Source: Lama guanicoe (taxonomy: Eukaryota). Taken from it: a stretch of DNA of 64,000 nucleotides. The translations under genes were made by a program, and so were the position numbers. The stretch is from assembly GCA_013239625.1 (NCBI GenBank), contig MU053873.1, forward strand, positions 2,990,524 to 3,054,523, written 5' to 3'. Shown piece by piece: positions 52,095 through 64,000 of this stretch (position 1 is its first letter; each line of letters opens with the position of its first letter). A model generated the notes under the pieces. It saw only the letters and a list, made by a program, of their open reading frames with translations. It did not search any database and was not told the origin of the DNA.

Positions 52095-52740
52095 GGGGTG
52101 GCAGTATAGCAGAGTGGTTAAAAGTGGGCTTTGAAACCTGACAGACCTGAATTTGAATGATTCCTCTCCCACTAACAGCTGTGTGACCTTGAACAAGTGA
52201 CTTAACTTCTCTGAAACTATTTCAACAAAAGGTTATCATTTAAGATTAAATGAGACAATCATCATAAAGCACTTAGGATAATGCATGTGGCGTTAGTAAG
52301 CTCTCCATTTCATCTATCTATCCACCGATCTATCCAGCTATCCATCTATCTACCCATCCTTTCAACAAATATTTTTTGAGGACGTTCTACATGCCAGATA
52401 ATGTTCTAGGCACTTGGGATATTCAAAGGAAGGAAACAAAGTCCCTGCTCTCTGGAGCTTACCCTGCCAGGTGAGAGACAGACAGTAAATCCTTAATAAA
52501 TAAGAATTTCAGAAAGCTCTAAGTTCTGTAAGGACAATAAAACAGGATGAGTTGAGAGCAGAGGAGGCATGTTCCCTCTGAGTGACAGCGATGGCCTCCC
52601 AGACTAGGAGACATTTAAGCTGAGGAGTGAGTGGCGAGAAGAAGGTAACTGGGTGAAGATCTGGGGACGAGCACATTCTAAGTAGACAGCACAGCAAGTG
52701 CAAGGCTCTGGGACTGAACAAGCACTGCTCCAGGAAGTGG
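52095..52740. mobile_element. MIR (+, about 52095-52300) followed by L2 3' fragment (-, about 52360-52740)
   Basis: ggcagtatagcagagtggttaaaagtgggctttg...; tttcaacaaatattttttgag...acatgccagataatgttctaggcacttgggat. Confidence 0.75.
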
Positions 52741-55700
52741 TACCCACTGCCGTCCCATTTCTTATGATGCTACATAGATCGTAATTAACCAGGGGCTGGA
52801 GCCTGGGTGCACCAGGAAATCTATACTTAGTCATTACTCTTCCCGTAGACAACAACATAGGAAGTTTCCATTCTTATCCACAGTCCTGCCCCGCCCAAAC
52901 CCAGCACTGGTTTCTCCCCCCAGGAACATCTGGTATTGGAAAAGTCTTTATCCCTGGGAGGAAAAAAAGAGAGAGAAAAAAACTTTTGTATTGGAGTGAA
53001 AATGAAATATAAAAGGAGACATCTTGAATAAGAGGGAGAGCATAGAAAGGAAAAACAGAATCCCAGCAAGAGTATACTCCAGGAGACAAATCCGCCCGGG
53101 GTCTTTGAGCAGCAGGCAGCGCCTCCAACCAGCATCTCATCATGTGCTCTCCACCCAGTCTTTGTAACCTGCGAATGAGCCCGTGAAGCCCCATGCAGGA
53201 AGCCCATGGGTATCACATCACTCTCGTCAAATGCTAACAAGGGAATGATTAACTGTGACGCAGCCACCCCCATCCAGTGTGTCCACATCACCCGGAAAGA
53301 AGCAATTATGCCTCTTTGGTTTCTCTGGAAATGCTTGATCTGTCTCCATTACCTGCCCTGGCTCTTGAGAAGTGCCCCGCTGCACAGCAGAGATTCGACA
53401 GCGAGACAACGCCTTTCTTTTCAAACTGAAAGTTTACGGAATACAAAGTGAGCCTGCAAGACGGATTTGCATTCTCCAGAGGCTTGTCTGGCCAGACGAG
53501 AGAGACAGACAGCGCACTGTCAGAAACGGGAAAGAGACTGAAAGACAGGGACCACGGTATGACCTCTGGTGGGACCCCACAGTCAAGTCCCTACAAACCC
53601 AGCTGGGAGATTTTCCTCAGTTTACGTTTTTGAGTCTCAAAGGCGAGGAAAAAAATCAATTAGAGATACTGCGTATATTTATATGATCTGTTGGCACTAC
53701 GAACTGTGACACACACGTTTTTCAGACCATGAAGAACAGCCTGTAGCTACGTGGAGCACACACCCTGGGCTACACTAAGACTTTCACGTTTGGTGACCCT
53801 ATGAGCACCTGTGTCCTTTGGAATCAGCAGGTTTATTTGGCGTCAGAAACGCCTCAGTTTGAGTGAGTCAGAACTCCCTTCCTGATGTGTCACCTCTCAG
53901 CTTCAGTTTCCTCGTCTGTATGAAGTGACAGATATTAGGGACTACTTCCTAGGGTTTTGTGATGGTTATAGACAGGATGCATGTTCCTTGTTGAGCCAAG
54001 TACCCATCCTGTAGTACGTGCTCAATAAGCCGGAGGAATTACAATGTATTATACTGATTGAAAGTGAAAAACACAGCCCCAATTCCATAAAAACTACCTT
54101 CTCTAGTGGGATTTATGAAGTGTATTTACATATGCCTAGAACCAGAGGAAAGTCCAGCTGGGGTGGAGGGTATGGAATAAGCAAAACACCCAAGCCCGTC
54201 AGGGATGTAGCCAACCTAACTCATTTTCCACGTGACTCGCCTCACTGGAAATTAACTGAGGCAGTGCTGCTCTGTTCAGTTGCAGACACATCCTCCAGCC
54301 CTTTGCCTTCCTCGCCAATCTCACCACTCTCTTCAGTATGGAATATAGAAATACCAGGCAGTGTCAGGTCCCTGCCAGCCCATATCCTGACCTTTCTCCC
54401 AGCTCCCCAGCCAAAGCCCAGCCTTGGTCCCCAGGAGGACAGTGGGGGAGGGGGAAGGACAGATGTTGAGGACCCTCTGGGGCTCAAAGGGTCTGTGATT
54501 TTCCATGACCCTACACTGCTCTCCAAAAGGAAGCCCCACTGAGCATCAGCAGGAGCAGAGACCAAGGAATTTCTCCTTCGAGGTCATGGTTGGGCTTGCT
54601 CCAGGAACCCCAGGGAGAGTGGGCAGAAGTCAGAGAGCCCGGATGGCTTCCCCACTGACTCCTGTGTGATGTCTGTAAGTCCCTTGCCCTCTCTGATCCT
54701 TAATGTACCCATATGAAAAAGGAAAATCATTAGGAAAAGGATGATCTCTTAAAGCCTTCCTAGGTCTGAAGTTTGATCAGTCTATGGTATTAGTCTCCAC
54801 CCCCAGGAGATGATGGGCCCTTCTCAGCTATCCTGGTGAGAGTAAAGGCTGCCGTTGCAGAGCAGCTGCTTAGAGCTTACCATCTGACAGCTCACCTGAC
54901 CCTCACAACCACCCTAGGAGGCTGTATCGATACCACCCAAACCCCTACCCTACAGGGCCCCCAGATCTGACCCCTTGACCTTCTCGGCCCTTTTCTCGTG
55001 CCTCCCTTTATGAAGCTCTGGCTGCACACATTCCAAACTCGGATCTGTCTCTCATCCTTTGTGCTTGCCGTCCCCCTGCCTGGAAGGCTTCTCCTCCCGA
55101 GGGGCTCACAGACGGCTCATTCTCACCCTGTGGTCAGCCAGAACGGCACCTCCTCAGAGAGAACTTCCTTGGTTTCAAATCCTTCTTAGCAAGTATCCCT
55201 GTCTAAAATCATCTTTCTTCCGTCCTTATGTGTTGACCCGTGTACTGGCTGTGTTCTCTCCCTAGATTCTAAGCCCCATGAATGCAAGAATGCTTTCAGC
55301 ACACAGCACATAGGAGGTTTTCCTTGAAGTCTTGTTCAGTTATCGACTGACCGACTGAATGAGTGAACGAATTCCCATTTTGCCGACGAGTAAACAGAGG
55401 CCCAGAGGGGTGTTGAAATGTACCACCAGTCACCAATCAGTGACAGAACGGGCACTCAAACCCAGGGCTGTGTGACCTCTGGATGGAGTTTATAATCACT
55501 TGACCACACTGCCTTTGGGCTCCGGGAACAGGTGACGCTTCCCAGCAGAAAGCTTCTAAACCATCAGGAGTTCCCTGCCAGAGACATGATCTAAGTGCTA
55601 CTGTCTGAAGGTCTGTGAGCATTTCCAGTCATTTTAAGAAAAGGCGACGTTAGCGGCCCCATTAAAGCCTGCTGTTCCCCATCCCATCACTGCCATCCCC

Positions 55701-56535
55701 ACCTATTAAAATAATGGCATGAAAAATAAACAGCCTTTATGGGCAATTTTATATGACGCGTGCATTGTTTGTTTCTCTTACCGTTACCATGGCAGTGATG
55801 TTCTCTGGATAACTTTGAGTTTCTACATGATGGAAGGGAAAGGAATGAAATTGCTTGGGGAAAAATTGCCAAACAAAGGCTTTTTCCTTTTCCGGATACC
55901 CCACCCCCCAGCGCTCCACAGCAGCCACAGTCTGAATAATTGTGCATAGGACAAAAGCTGCCTCTTAACCTAAAGCCTCCCATGGCTCCCTAGTGCCTAT
56001 AATGTGAAGGCCAGGGGTCTTGGCCTGGCTGTAAGTCCTCTATGATCTGGTTTCCTCTCCTGCCCTTTGTCCTCCTGTCACACAGACCTGCGTGGAGTTG
56101 ATCCCCCTCCTCATTTTGTCCCTCTCTCCCTTGATGCGTCACACATTTGCTCACTCTGTTCCGGCCACCTGCACTCACCCCAGCCGCTGGGCCAGATGCT
56201 ACTGTTTCTCAAGTCACCGTTTGGGTGTGACCCTGTACCCTCCCTCCTTCCGCACCCATCCTCCGATCTGGGTGAGATTCTTTCCTCCCTACTTCTCCCA
56301 CGGTGCCCTCAAGTATAGACTGATACAGTCACCTAGACACCAGCCTACTTGAGGGCAAGGAGCAGCCCTTGATTCCGTGTCTCACAGTGTGCCAGGAACA
56401 AGGTAGATGCTCAGTAAATGCTCGTCGAACCAAATTAGACAAAGAAAAATCAGCTGGTCTGAGCATCTGTCTAAAGGCATGATGTCTGGGTGCATCTCAT
56501 CCTTCAGGAATAAAACTCAACGCCCCAAGACAAAG

Positions 56536-56713
56536 CAGTGCATCTCAACCTTGGCTGCACCTTGGGATCACCAGGGAGCGTTCAGGAATTCTGGTGCCCA
56601 GGCTGCATCCTAAGTTAATTACATCAGACTCTCTCTCTGGGAGAGAACTGGGCATCTGTGTTTTTAAAGCTCCCCCAGGTGATCCCAGTGTGCAGCCGGG
56701 GTGAGAGCAACTG
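56536..56713. mobile_element. MER5A-like element
   Basis: cagtgcatctcaaccttggctgcaccttgggatcaccagggag...tttttaaagctcccccaggtgat. Confidence 0.8.
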
Positions 56714-57599
56714 TGTACAAGGTTCCCATTCAGAGTCCCAATCATGGATCGATGTGAATGTGCAGGACCAGGTCTCCTGTGGGCCGAGTCCAAGGACCAG
56801 GTCCAGGACTGAACCAAGGTCCCCACACTGTATGCATGGCAGGCAGCCAAGTGCTTTCTGTGCATCACATCATAACCCTCTCTTTATCAAATTCAGATAC
56901 TTGTGGGATTCCCTACGTCCACATGTCCAGGCAATGGTGGAGACAGGATTTGAACCCGGGTCCATTTGAACCCAGTGTCCAGAGCCCACCTTGAGCAGTT
57001 CTTGAATGCAGGTGGGGTGGAGCAGCAGGGATGTTAGAAGCACCCTGCCCACGCAGGACAGGCCCACTGCAGGGGAGTCCCATCTGCCCCCTCAGGCTTG
57101 GGCAGTGCCTTTCTCTCCCTCTCTGTGCCCTGTTTTCTGTTCTCTCTCTCTCCCTCCCTCTGTCTCTCTCTGTCTCTGTCTCTGTCTCTCCCTCTCTCCC
57201 TTTCTCCCTGACCCCCAGTTCTTCTGGAGCAGTGGCTAGGAGCAGTAGAAACAGCCAGCAGCTAGGGTTGCCCAAAGTCCCTAATTAGAGCAGCCTGGGA
57301 GGTGGGGGTCTGGTGCTTGCAAACCATACTGTGAGGCCATCGCCTGAGCAGTTCCCAGGGCCGATGCTGGGACGCAGCATCCCCAGGGTGATGGCTGAGG
57401 ATGGAGCGTGAGAGCCGGTGCTCCCCACTCAGTGCTGACGTGGCGTCCAAATGGCTTCTTTGCACTTGCTTTCTAGCTGATGTTTACTGTGTGCTTTGTA
57501 AGGGTCAAGTCTTGTCCCCACTGTAGAGCCTTATAAACCAAGTCGCCTCCAAAATGGAATTTGGAAACAAGAACAAGAGAACACACAGTTCCATTTTTC

Positions 57600-57900
57600 T
57601 AGCTTTTGCTCAAATCTCAGCGAAGTCTTCCCTGGCCAATGGGGAACCCTTCTTTATCCCGTCCCCAAAACCACATACGACCCATCCTCCCGCCCTGCTT
57701 TATTTCTCCCCATAGCACTTCTGAGCATCTGACTACCCTATATGTTTACTGTTGGTGTTATTTACATCTGCCTCCTCCGACCAGAACGTCAGTTTCACGA
57801 GAGTGGAGATTTTGGTCTGTTTTGTTCACTCCTATATCCCCTGCACCTAGACATGCATTTGCCCATAATTGGCAGAGTATGTTTGTTGAATGAATAAATG
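57600..57900 (+). mobile_element. L2 3' terminus
   Basis: ctgttttgttcactcctatatcccctgcacctaga...tgtttgttgaatgaataaatga. Confidence 0.8.
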
Positions 57901-58789
57901 AGTCCAAATTTTACTTAACCTCTGAGTTTTGTTTTCTTGGTCCATCAGTCATAAATTTCATTCCCAACTTAGAGGAACAGGGCAGTAGAGTACAGCATGG
58001 CACCCGGCACATCGTGGGGGTATGTCAGTATGGGATAGAATTCATTATTATGCATTACTTAGGACTTTTTGATGAAAGGGAGCTGATTTTTGGCTAAATT
58101 CAGCTGGAAAAAGGTAGGAGAGCTTTGTCAGAAGGATAGGAGTATCTCACAGACCAAAGAAGAGTTGGGAAAGCAGGTGTGAGGACAGCATCATAGCTGT
58201 TCTGGGGATCTAGGAAGCTGGGACCCTCCCTAATCCTTTAAAGAAGCCACACTTGGTAAGAATCACGACCCAGGTTGGGTCATGGGCCCCCTTCTTGGAC
58301 AGAAGAGGGTAAAGCCTTTTGATTGACAAGCCCACCAAACCTGCATCTGGTGAGTGGTTCTCAAAACAAAACTAAGTGTTGATACCAGAATACAGATGGG
58401 TATGAATTCTGGTCAGGGGACAAATAACAGATGCCCATGACAGCTGACACATCAATGCCACTGGGCACCCCAGTATGTGTAGGAATCTATGTGGCTGTGA
58501 ATGGCCCATGCAATGGCCCTGATGTTTTGAGTTTTCCATGTTTCTTTCTCCCAGCCACCCTGAGCTATCTGAGCAGTGAGGGACCAGCTGCAGGTTGCAA
58601 AGAAGGGCAGGAGCATTATGGCAAGTCCCCAGACTTAGAAGTCCCAGTTCCCCTCCGGTCTACCTAAAATCTGTTCTGGAAAAAAGGCCCATCCGTCTGG
58701 GAATGGCTAATAGCCAACAAGTCATTAATGCGTTCAGAGCAAGAGGCACAAACAAAAAAAGTGGACTTGATGGCAGAGACCAATCACTA

Positions 58790-59146
58790 TATTAATCAGC
58801 GTAGGCTAAGTTATGCTGCTGTAACAAAGAAGCTTAAAAAACCTCAGGAGCTTAATGCAACAATGGTTTATTCTTCACTCACAAAAGTCCTAGAGGGGTC
58901 CAACTGCTCCCCAGGACAGCTGTCTTCCCTGTGCTGACTTGATAATCTAGGCAGCTTCCATCCTGTAGCTTTGTTATCACTACCTGGGGTTTCCCAGCCA
59001 CTGCTCTTTAATTCCCTCCAAATGGAAGAGACATACTTCTGCTCACAGTCGATTGGTCGGAAGAAGTCACATGGCCTCACTTTAACTGCAAGGCTGGGAA
59101 ATGCAGGGGACCACACGGCCTATTTGATGAGTCTCCTATTTCTTCC
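58790..59146 (-). mobile_element. MLT1 (MaLR) solo LTR
   Basis: taggctaagttatgctgctgtaacaaa...gtcacatggcctcactttaactgcaaggctgggaaatg. Confidence 0.75.
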
Positions 59147-61399
59147 ACACACACAGATGGCCCACACACTGCCTGGCAACTAAGGCCATGACAGTGGGAC
59201 ATGGGCCTTGCAGGAGGCAGCACAGAAACGCCTCTGGGGAAAGGCTGTCATTTGACACCTAGAGATTGTTCATTTTATATTCTGTACACGCCTGAGCTAT
59301 TCCACCACCAAAGCTGGCTGTGAAGTGGGTGGGGCTGGCTGTCCGAGATGGAAAATCAACACTGCTCAGATGGCTAGCTCCCTGCCTGTCATGATCCACT
59401 GCCTTCATCACATCCCCCACATCCCCTTGAAAACTGTGCTCATTTTACAAATAAGGAAACAAACCGAGAGACAGACAACAACTTGACTGAGGTTGGGTAC
59501 CTTATGAGCGGCACAGATTAGAGGGCTACCTGAATCCATACTCGTGGTGTTTCCCCTACTCTGTGAGGCTGACCAAAGCCATTCTCTTCCCTGGATGAAG
59601 ATGGTAATGATGTTCACGGTGATCAAGATGATGGTGGCGATAATGATAATGATGATGCCGATTCCTAATCATTAGAGTGTTACTTCACTTTGAAAAATGT
59701 GTAATCTCAATCACCCTGTGAGATAGGTTTTACCATTATCCCCATTTCACAGACAAGGAAACTTAGGCTCAGGGAGGCAAAACAAAATCCGTTCAGGATC
59801 ACACACCAATAAATAGCAGAGTTAAGACGTGAATGCGTGGTTGCCTAATTTCAAAGGTGCTCCATCCTACAGAAAAGAAAATGATTCAGTTCAGTTGGTT
59901 GTTTCATCTACATACCTCTGATTGCCAAGTTTGACTGTTTTTCTTTAAACCAACCCCTTCTCGTTTAGGCATTTCTTAGGTGTCTTCATGACTTGCATCT
60001 TCTTTTGAAACACTTCTTAAAAAGGAATGAGAACAGAGTGGCCTGCCCCACCTAGGATCCAGAAAAGAAACATGAACGCCCTAATTATGTTTCCCGTAAA
60101 AATATACACCCCACCTCACTGTCCTTAACAAAAAGACAGATGCTAATTAAAATTTTCACTAGCATTTACGGGCTAAGTTGTAATTATACCAGACCTATCT
60201 GAATTTACTGTAGCCCTCTGATTAATGGGGGAAGAAAATCAATAAGCATACGAAAAAATTTGGATGTGTTATATGACCAATTTCAATTTTATGTTATAAT
60301 CATGTTTTAATGTGGCTCCTAATTACCATAATTAAGCTGCCTGTGACAGTGCTGGCTGGGACAGAAGCTGTTACTATTCTAAGATGACTTGTTGAAGGCT
60401 TTACCCAGATTTTAGGTGCAATTTGCCTTTTGCTGGCTTGGGGTGCTAGGGGAACAGTGTGTGTGTGTGTGTGAGATAGTTCTTACCAGGGAAGCCTAGG
60501 TTCTCAGGTTAAAACTGAGCCAGGTGCCATGCTTGTCATTCATCAAGTATTTTTGAGCATTTACTACATACCAGGTCTTGTGACGGGTGCTGGGACTATG
60601 GATGAGATTTTCCCTTCCACTGGGGTGAGTTAGCCATTAAACAGCTAATGACAGAAAAGGGAAATGCCAGGCGATACGAGAGCTGTTGTCACTATCTATC
60701 CACGTAACATGATGGAAAGGTCTGAACGGCTTCCTGGAGGAAGCCAATTCTTAGCTGAGACGTTGAGAGTCTTGGGAGTTAAGCAGACAGGACATCATTC
60801 ATGGCTAAGAAAGCAGCATTTGCAGAGACCTGCAGTTAAAAGGAGGCTGATGTGTCATGTTATGAGGAAGGGAGTGAGTGGCACAGGGTGACACTGGGGC
60901 CTGAGCAGGGATCAGACCACAGGGGTCTCATAGACCCCTTCATGGATGCTCAGCGCCTGGTCACTTCAGGCTCCATGCTTCTGTGAATCCTTTCTTCCTT
61001 CTTTCCTGTCTTCTTTCCTTCCTCTTTTTCTTCCTTCTCTCCTTCCTTTTCCCTCCCACCCATATGACAAGTACCAGGACTATGTATGGAACACTGACTA
61101 TGTACCATGACGCAGACTAGCTCTTGACTCCATTAGATAGATGGTCATTCATTCACTCATCCATTCACTCTTTCTCAAAGCACTTTTAAAATTTTTTCCC
61201 CCTTAACCTATGTACTCGCACACTCAAAGCATTTTTGTACTGGAGATTCAAGTACAGATTTACTACATTTGAACTCTGTCCACTTATTGAATGCTATTCA
61301 TTCAGCATCCTCCCATAAAGACTTACTATGTTTTAAGTAGATAGTAGTCTATCCCTCCAGCTTGATTTACTAAGTATTTGGTCATCCATCCATTCAACG

Positions 61400-61870
61400 A
61401 CCATCCTAGTGTGGGGTCCCTCAGAAGCAGACATTGAGACAAGGGCTGGAAAGCAAGCAGTTGATTTGGGGGGTGATCCTGGGAAAAATCAGTAGTAGAG
61501 TAGAGAATTGAGAAAATAAAAAGGAAGGATTCCACCCCAACCCCTAAGAAAAATGATATATTATCAAGCAAATGACCACTGTGGGCAACTGGGACTCTGT
61601 CTCACTGGGACCTCTAGAAGACCCACATCTCAGTTATACTCCTAAGAGGTGAGGGAGCTGGGGTATATATACCCCAACTTTAACCAGTCCTTGTTTGTGG
61701 GACTGCTAAAGGTGATGAGCTAACTCCCCAGGACCTCTGGCCAGCTCTGCTTGCAGGCAGTAGAGAAAGCCCCCCAGCAGAGATGCAGATTCTAACAGCT
61801 GGGGTCAGCACAGTTAATGTAAGGGCTGGAGGGATACGGGAAAGGGGAGACTACCAAGTGCATCTACCAT
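61400..61870. mobile_element. ERVL-type LTR (LTR33-like)
   Basis: ccctcagaagcagacattgagacaagggctggaaagcaagcagttgatttggggggtgatcctggga. Confidence 0.55.
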
Positions 61871-63591
61871 GACAGCATTTAAAATACCTACTACGTGCCA
61901 GGTATTTGAATTTCATGTGATGCACATTTGCTCAAGTGTTTATTGTCCACCACTATCTGCCTTGCACATCAGATCCCACCCCACACTCTTTATATCATCC
62001 ACTCACTCACAACTCTATTCATTTATCAAACTGGCACTGGGCTCCTGGTATGTGTTGGCCATGTAGGATTTCAGCCTTCATCTCAGCCTCTAGGAAGCAA
62101 GACAGGTCCCCATAGGGACTGCAATCGAAGACTGGACAGTATCATTCTACCTGCTGCAAACTGGAGGCCCAGACTGAGCTGGAGTGGCCTCCCGAGGTCT
62201 GGGCTGTTAAGGAGACAGGTGAGCCATGGTCGCTCTGGCTTCTGTCCATGGTCCATGTGAGGGCATACAGCAGCTAAGCAAGCAGCCAGGAGTCCCTTCC
62301 ATGGACCCTGGTGCAGATCTTGCTGGAGAAGCTGAGGATCACACTGGTTAGTTGGGATCAACTCCTTCCTGCCTGAGAAAGAACAAAGAGAAGTTTGGAG
62401 ATTAGCTACCAAGATACTTAACCATAGGGATGTTTGGTTCCCAATCTTTAATATTCCATGGGTCCAACTGTGAGACTTGTTATACATGCATGCAGTGGTT
62501 CAGTGGGCCAAGAGTGGGACCTGGGAATCTGCATTTTAACTAGTATGCCAGTGAATGATTCCAAAGCAGGTGATCCACAGGGCTTTTCTGAAAGAAACAC
62601 TGCTTGGGTGAGATAGCCATCTTTTACAAAGGGGACAACTGAGGCTCAGGGAGAGATTCTCAAGTTACAGTAACCCATCTGATCAAAATTCCGCCCTCAC
62701 TGCATGGGCCAGAGCTGCCCTCCGCTAGAAGAGGTGAGACGTCAGAAGCTCCCAGGTACTTGTGCATTTCAGGCATACCCTCTGTTATTGACAGGTGCTA
62801 ATCGCGGTGATGAACTAAGGCGACCTCAGTTCACCCGATAATTGCAGGTGAGGTGAGGCTAAAAGAGTAAATATAATCCTCATTAATGTAAAGCAACCTT
62901 CACTACAGAGATCTCATGTGAAGCATTAAACACAGGCATAGACTAAGCACTTCCTTTATTTATTCATTTAGCCTGCAGAAACAAATATTCCAGAATGCTT
63001 AAAAAAATACAAGCAGTAAGAGAAACCAAAGCTATATCAAGCCCCCCAAATTCAATGCACATAACTATACATTTGGATTAAGATGAGATGAGTGTGGACA
63101 CAGGCACTTAGCTATCTAGCTACATTGGATGGTCACCTGGACAGAGAAGCAAGGGGTGAGGATGAGAAGGCATGAGAAAAAAATGTAGCAGGATGAAATA
63201 ATACAGATGGTATAATGTTAACTGGATGCAGGATACAAAATTCTATACATTTATTACCGCAGAGGTATAAAAATAAGAAAGGCATCTATACAAGTCCTGA
63301 AAAGAACAAAGAAAGAAGAAAAAAGAATTTACAGGTAATTAAGTTTGGGGTTTTTTTTTTTTGAGCATCATTCCATATCTCCCTGCCCCCAGTAAAAGTA
63401 AAGAAAGAGGAGAAAAGACTGTAAGAATGTAGTAGCAAGAGAGAGTGAAAAAAAAGAGTTAATATTCTGAGAGGCATGCCACAGGCAGGGATGCTACAGC
63501 TTTCCTGGAAATGAGAGTTGTCTAGAGGGTTTGTTAAAATGCAGATTCCCAAGCTCATCCCTCAGAGACGCTGATTTTAATGAGCTTCTCC

Positions 63592-64000
63592 TGAAAATAG
63601 ACTTACTCTATGATGCAGTAATCCCACTCCTAGGCATATATCTGGAGAAAACTCTAATTCGAAAAGATACATGCACCCCAGTGTTCATAGCAGCACTATT
63701 TACAATAGCCAAGCCACAGCAGCACTATTTACAGTAGTCAAGAAAGCAACCTAAATGTTTATCAGCAGATGACTGGATAAAGAAGTTGGGATATATGTGT
63801 GCGTGCGTGTGCATGTGTGTTTATACACACACACGCGCACATATATACACAATAGAATACTACTCAGCCATGAAAAAGGATAAAATAATGCCATTTGCAG
63901 CAACATGGATGGACCTGGAGATCATTCACTTTACACTAAGTGAAGTAGGCCATAAAAAGAAAGACTAATACCATATGATATCACTTATATGTGGAATCTT
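63592..64000 (+). mobile_element. L1 ORF2 C-terminus/3' region, runs off the window end
   Basis: Translation KIDLLYDAVIPLLGIYLEKTLIRKDTCTPVFIAALFTIAK and EYYSAMKKDKIMPFAATWMDLE; frame disrupted. Confidence 0.92.

Noticed and set aside
1..64000. CRISPR arrays, operons, tRNA/rRNA genes, processed pseudogenes or a novel multi-gene system
   Set aside because: No regularly spaced repeat-spacer array, no RNA-gene signature and no second protein-coding homology recognised; the sequence is ordinary mammalian intron and intergenic DNA

Overview
Mammalian (eutherian) genomic DNA, not prokaryotic. The repeat content (MIR, L2, MER5/MER20/MER3, MLT1, artiodactyl-type L1 3' ends) with no Alu, B1, Bov-tA/CHR, PRE1 or SINEC SINEs seen points tentatively to a camelid. 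The only coding sequence I can support is a 94-nt first coding exon on the minus strand (48740->48647, MPAARPPTAGRGGIALFLALLLGSPAAALAG) in a CpG-island promoter. I recognise it from memory as the signal-peptide exon of SEZ6L. Positions 1-48646 are its long first intron and about 49.3-64 kb is upstream intergenic DNA. The other listed ORFs look like noise from repeats or GC-rich sequence. I found no evidence of a novel multi-gene system. The most interesting signals are cis-regulatory or splicing candidates: a split (9-nt spacer) REST/RE1 site in intron 1, three POU-octamer clusters, two RFX X-boxes, a strong CTCF site, a MER41-like solo LTR with altered STAT motifs, and a possible 44-nt MIR-derived poison exon. 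Repeat family names are by-eye assignments and repeat boundaries are approximate.
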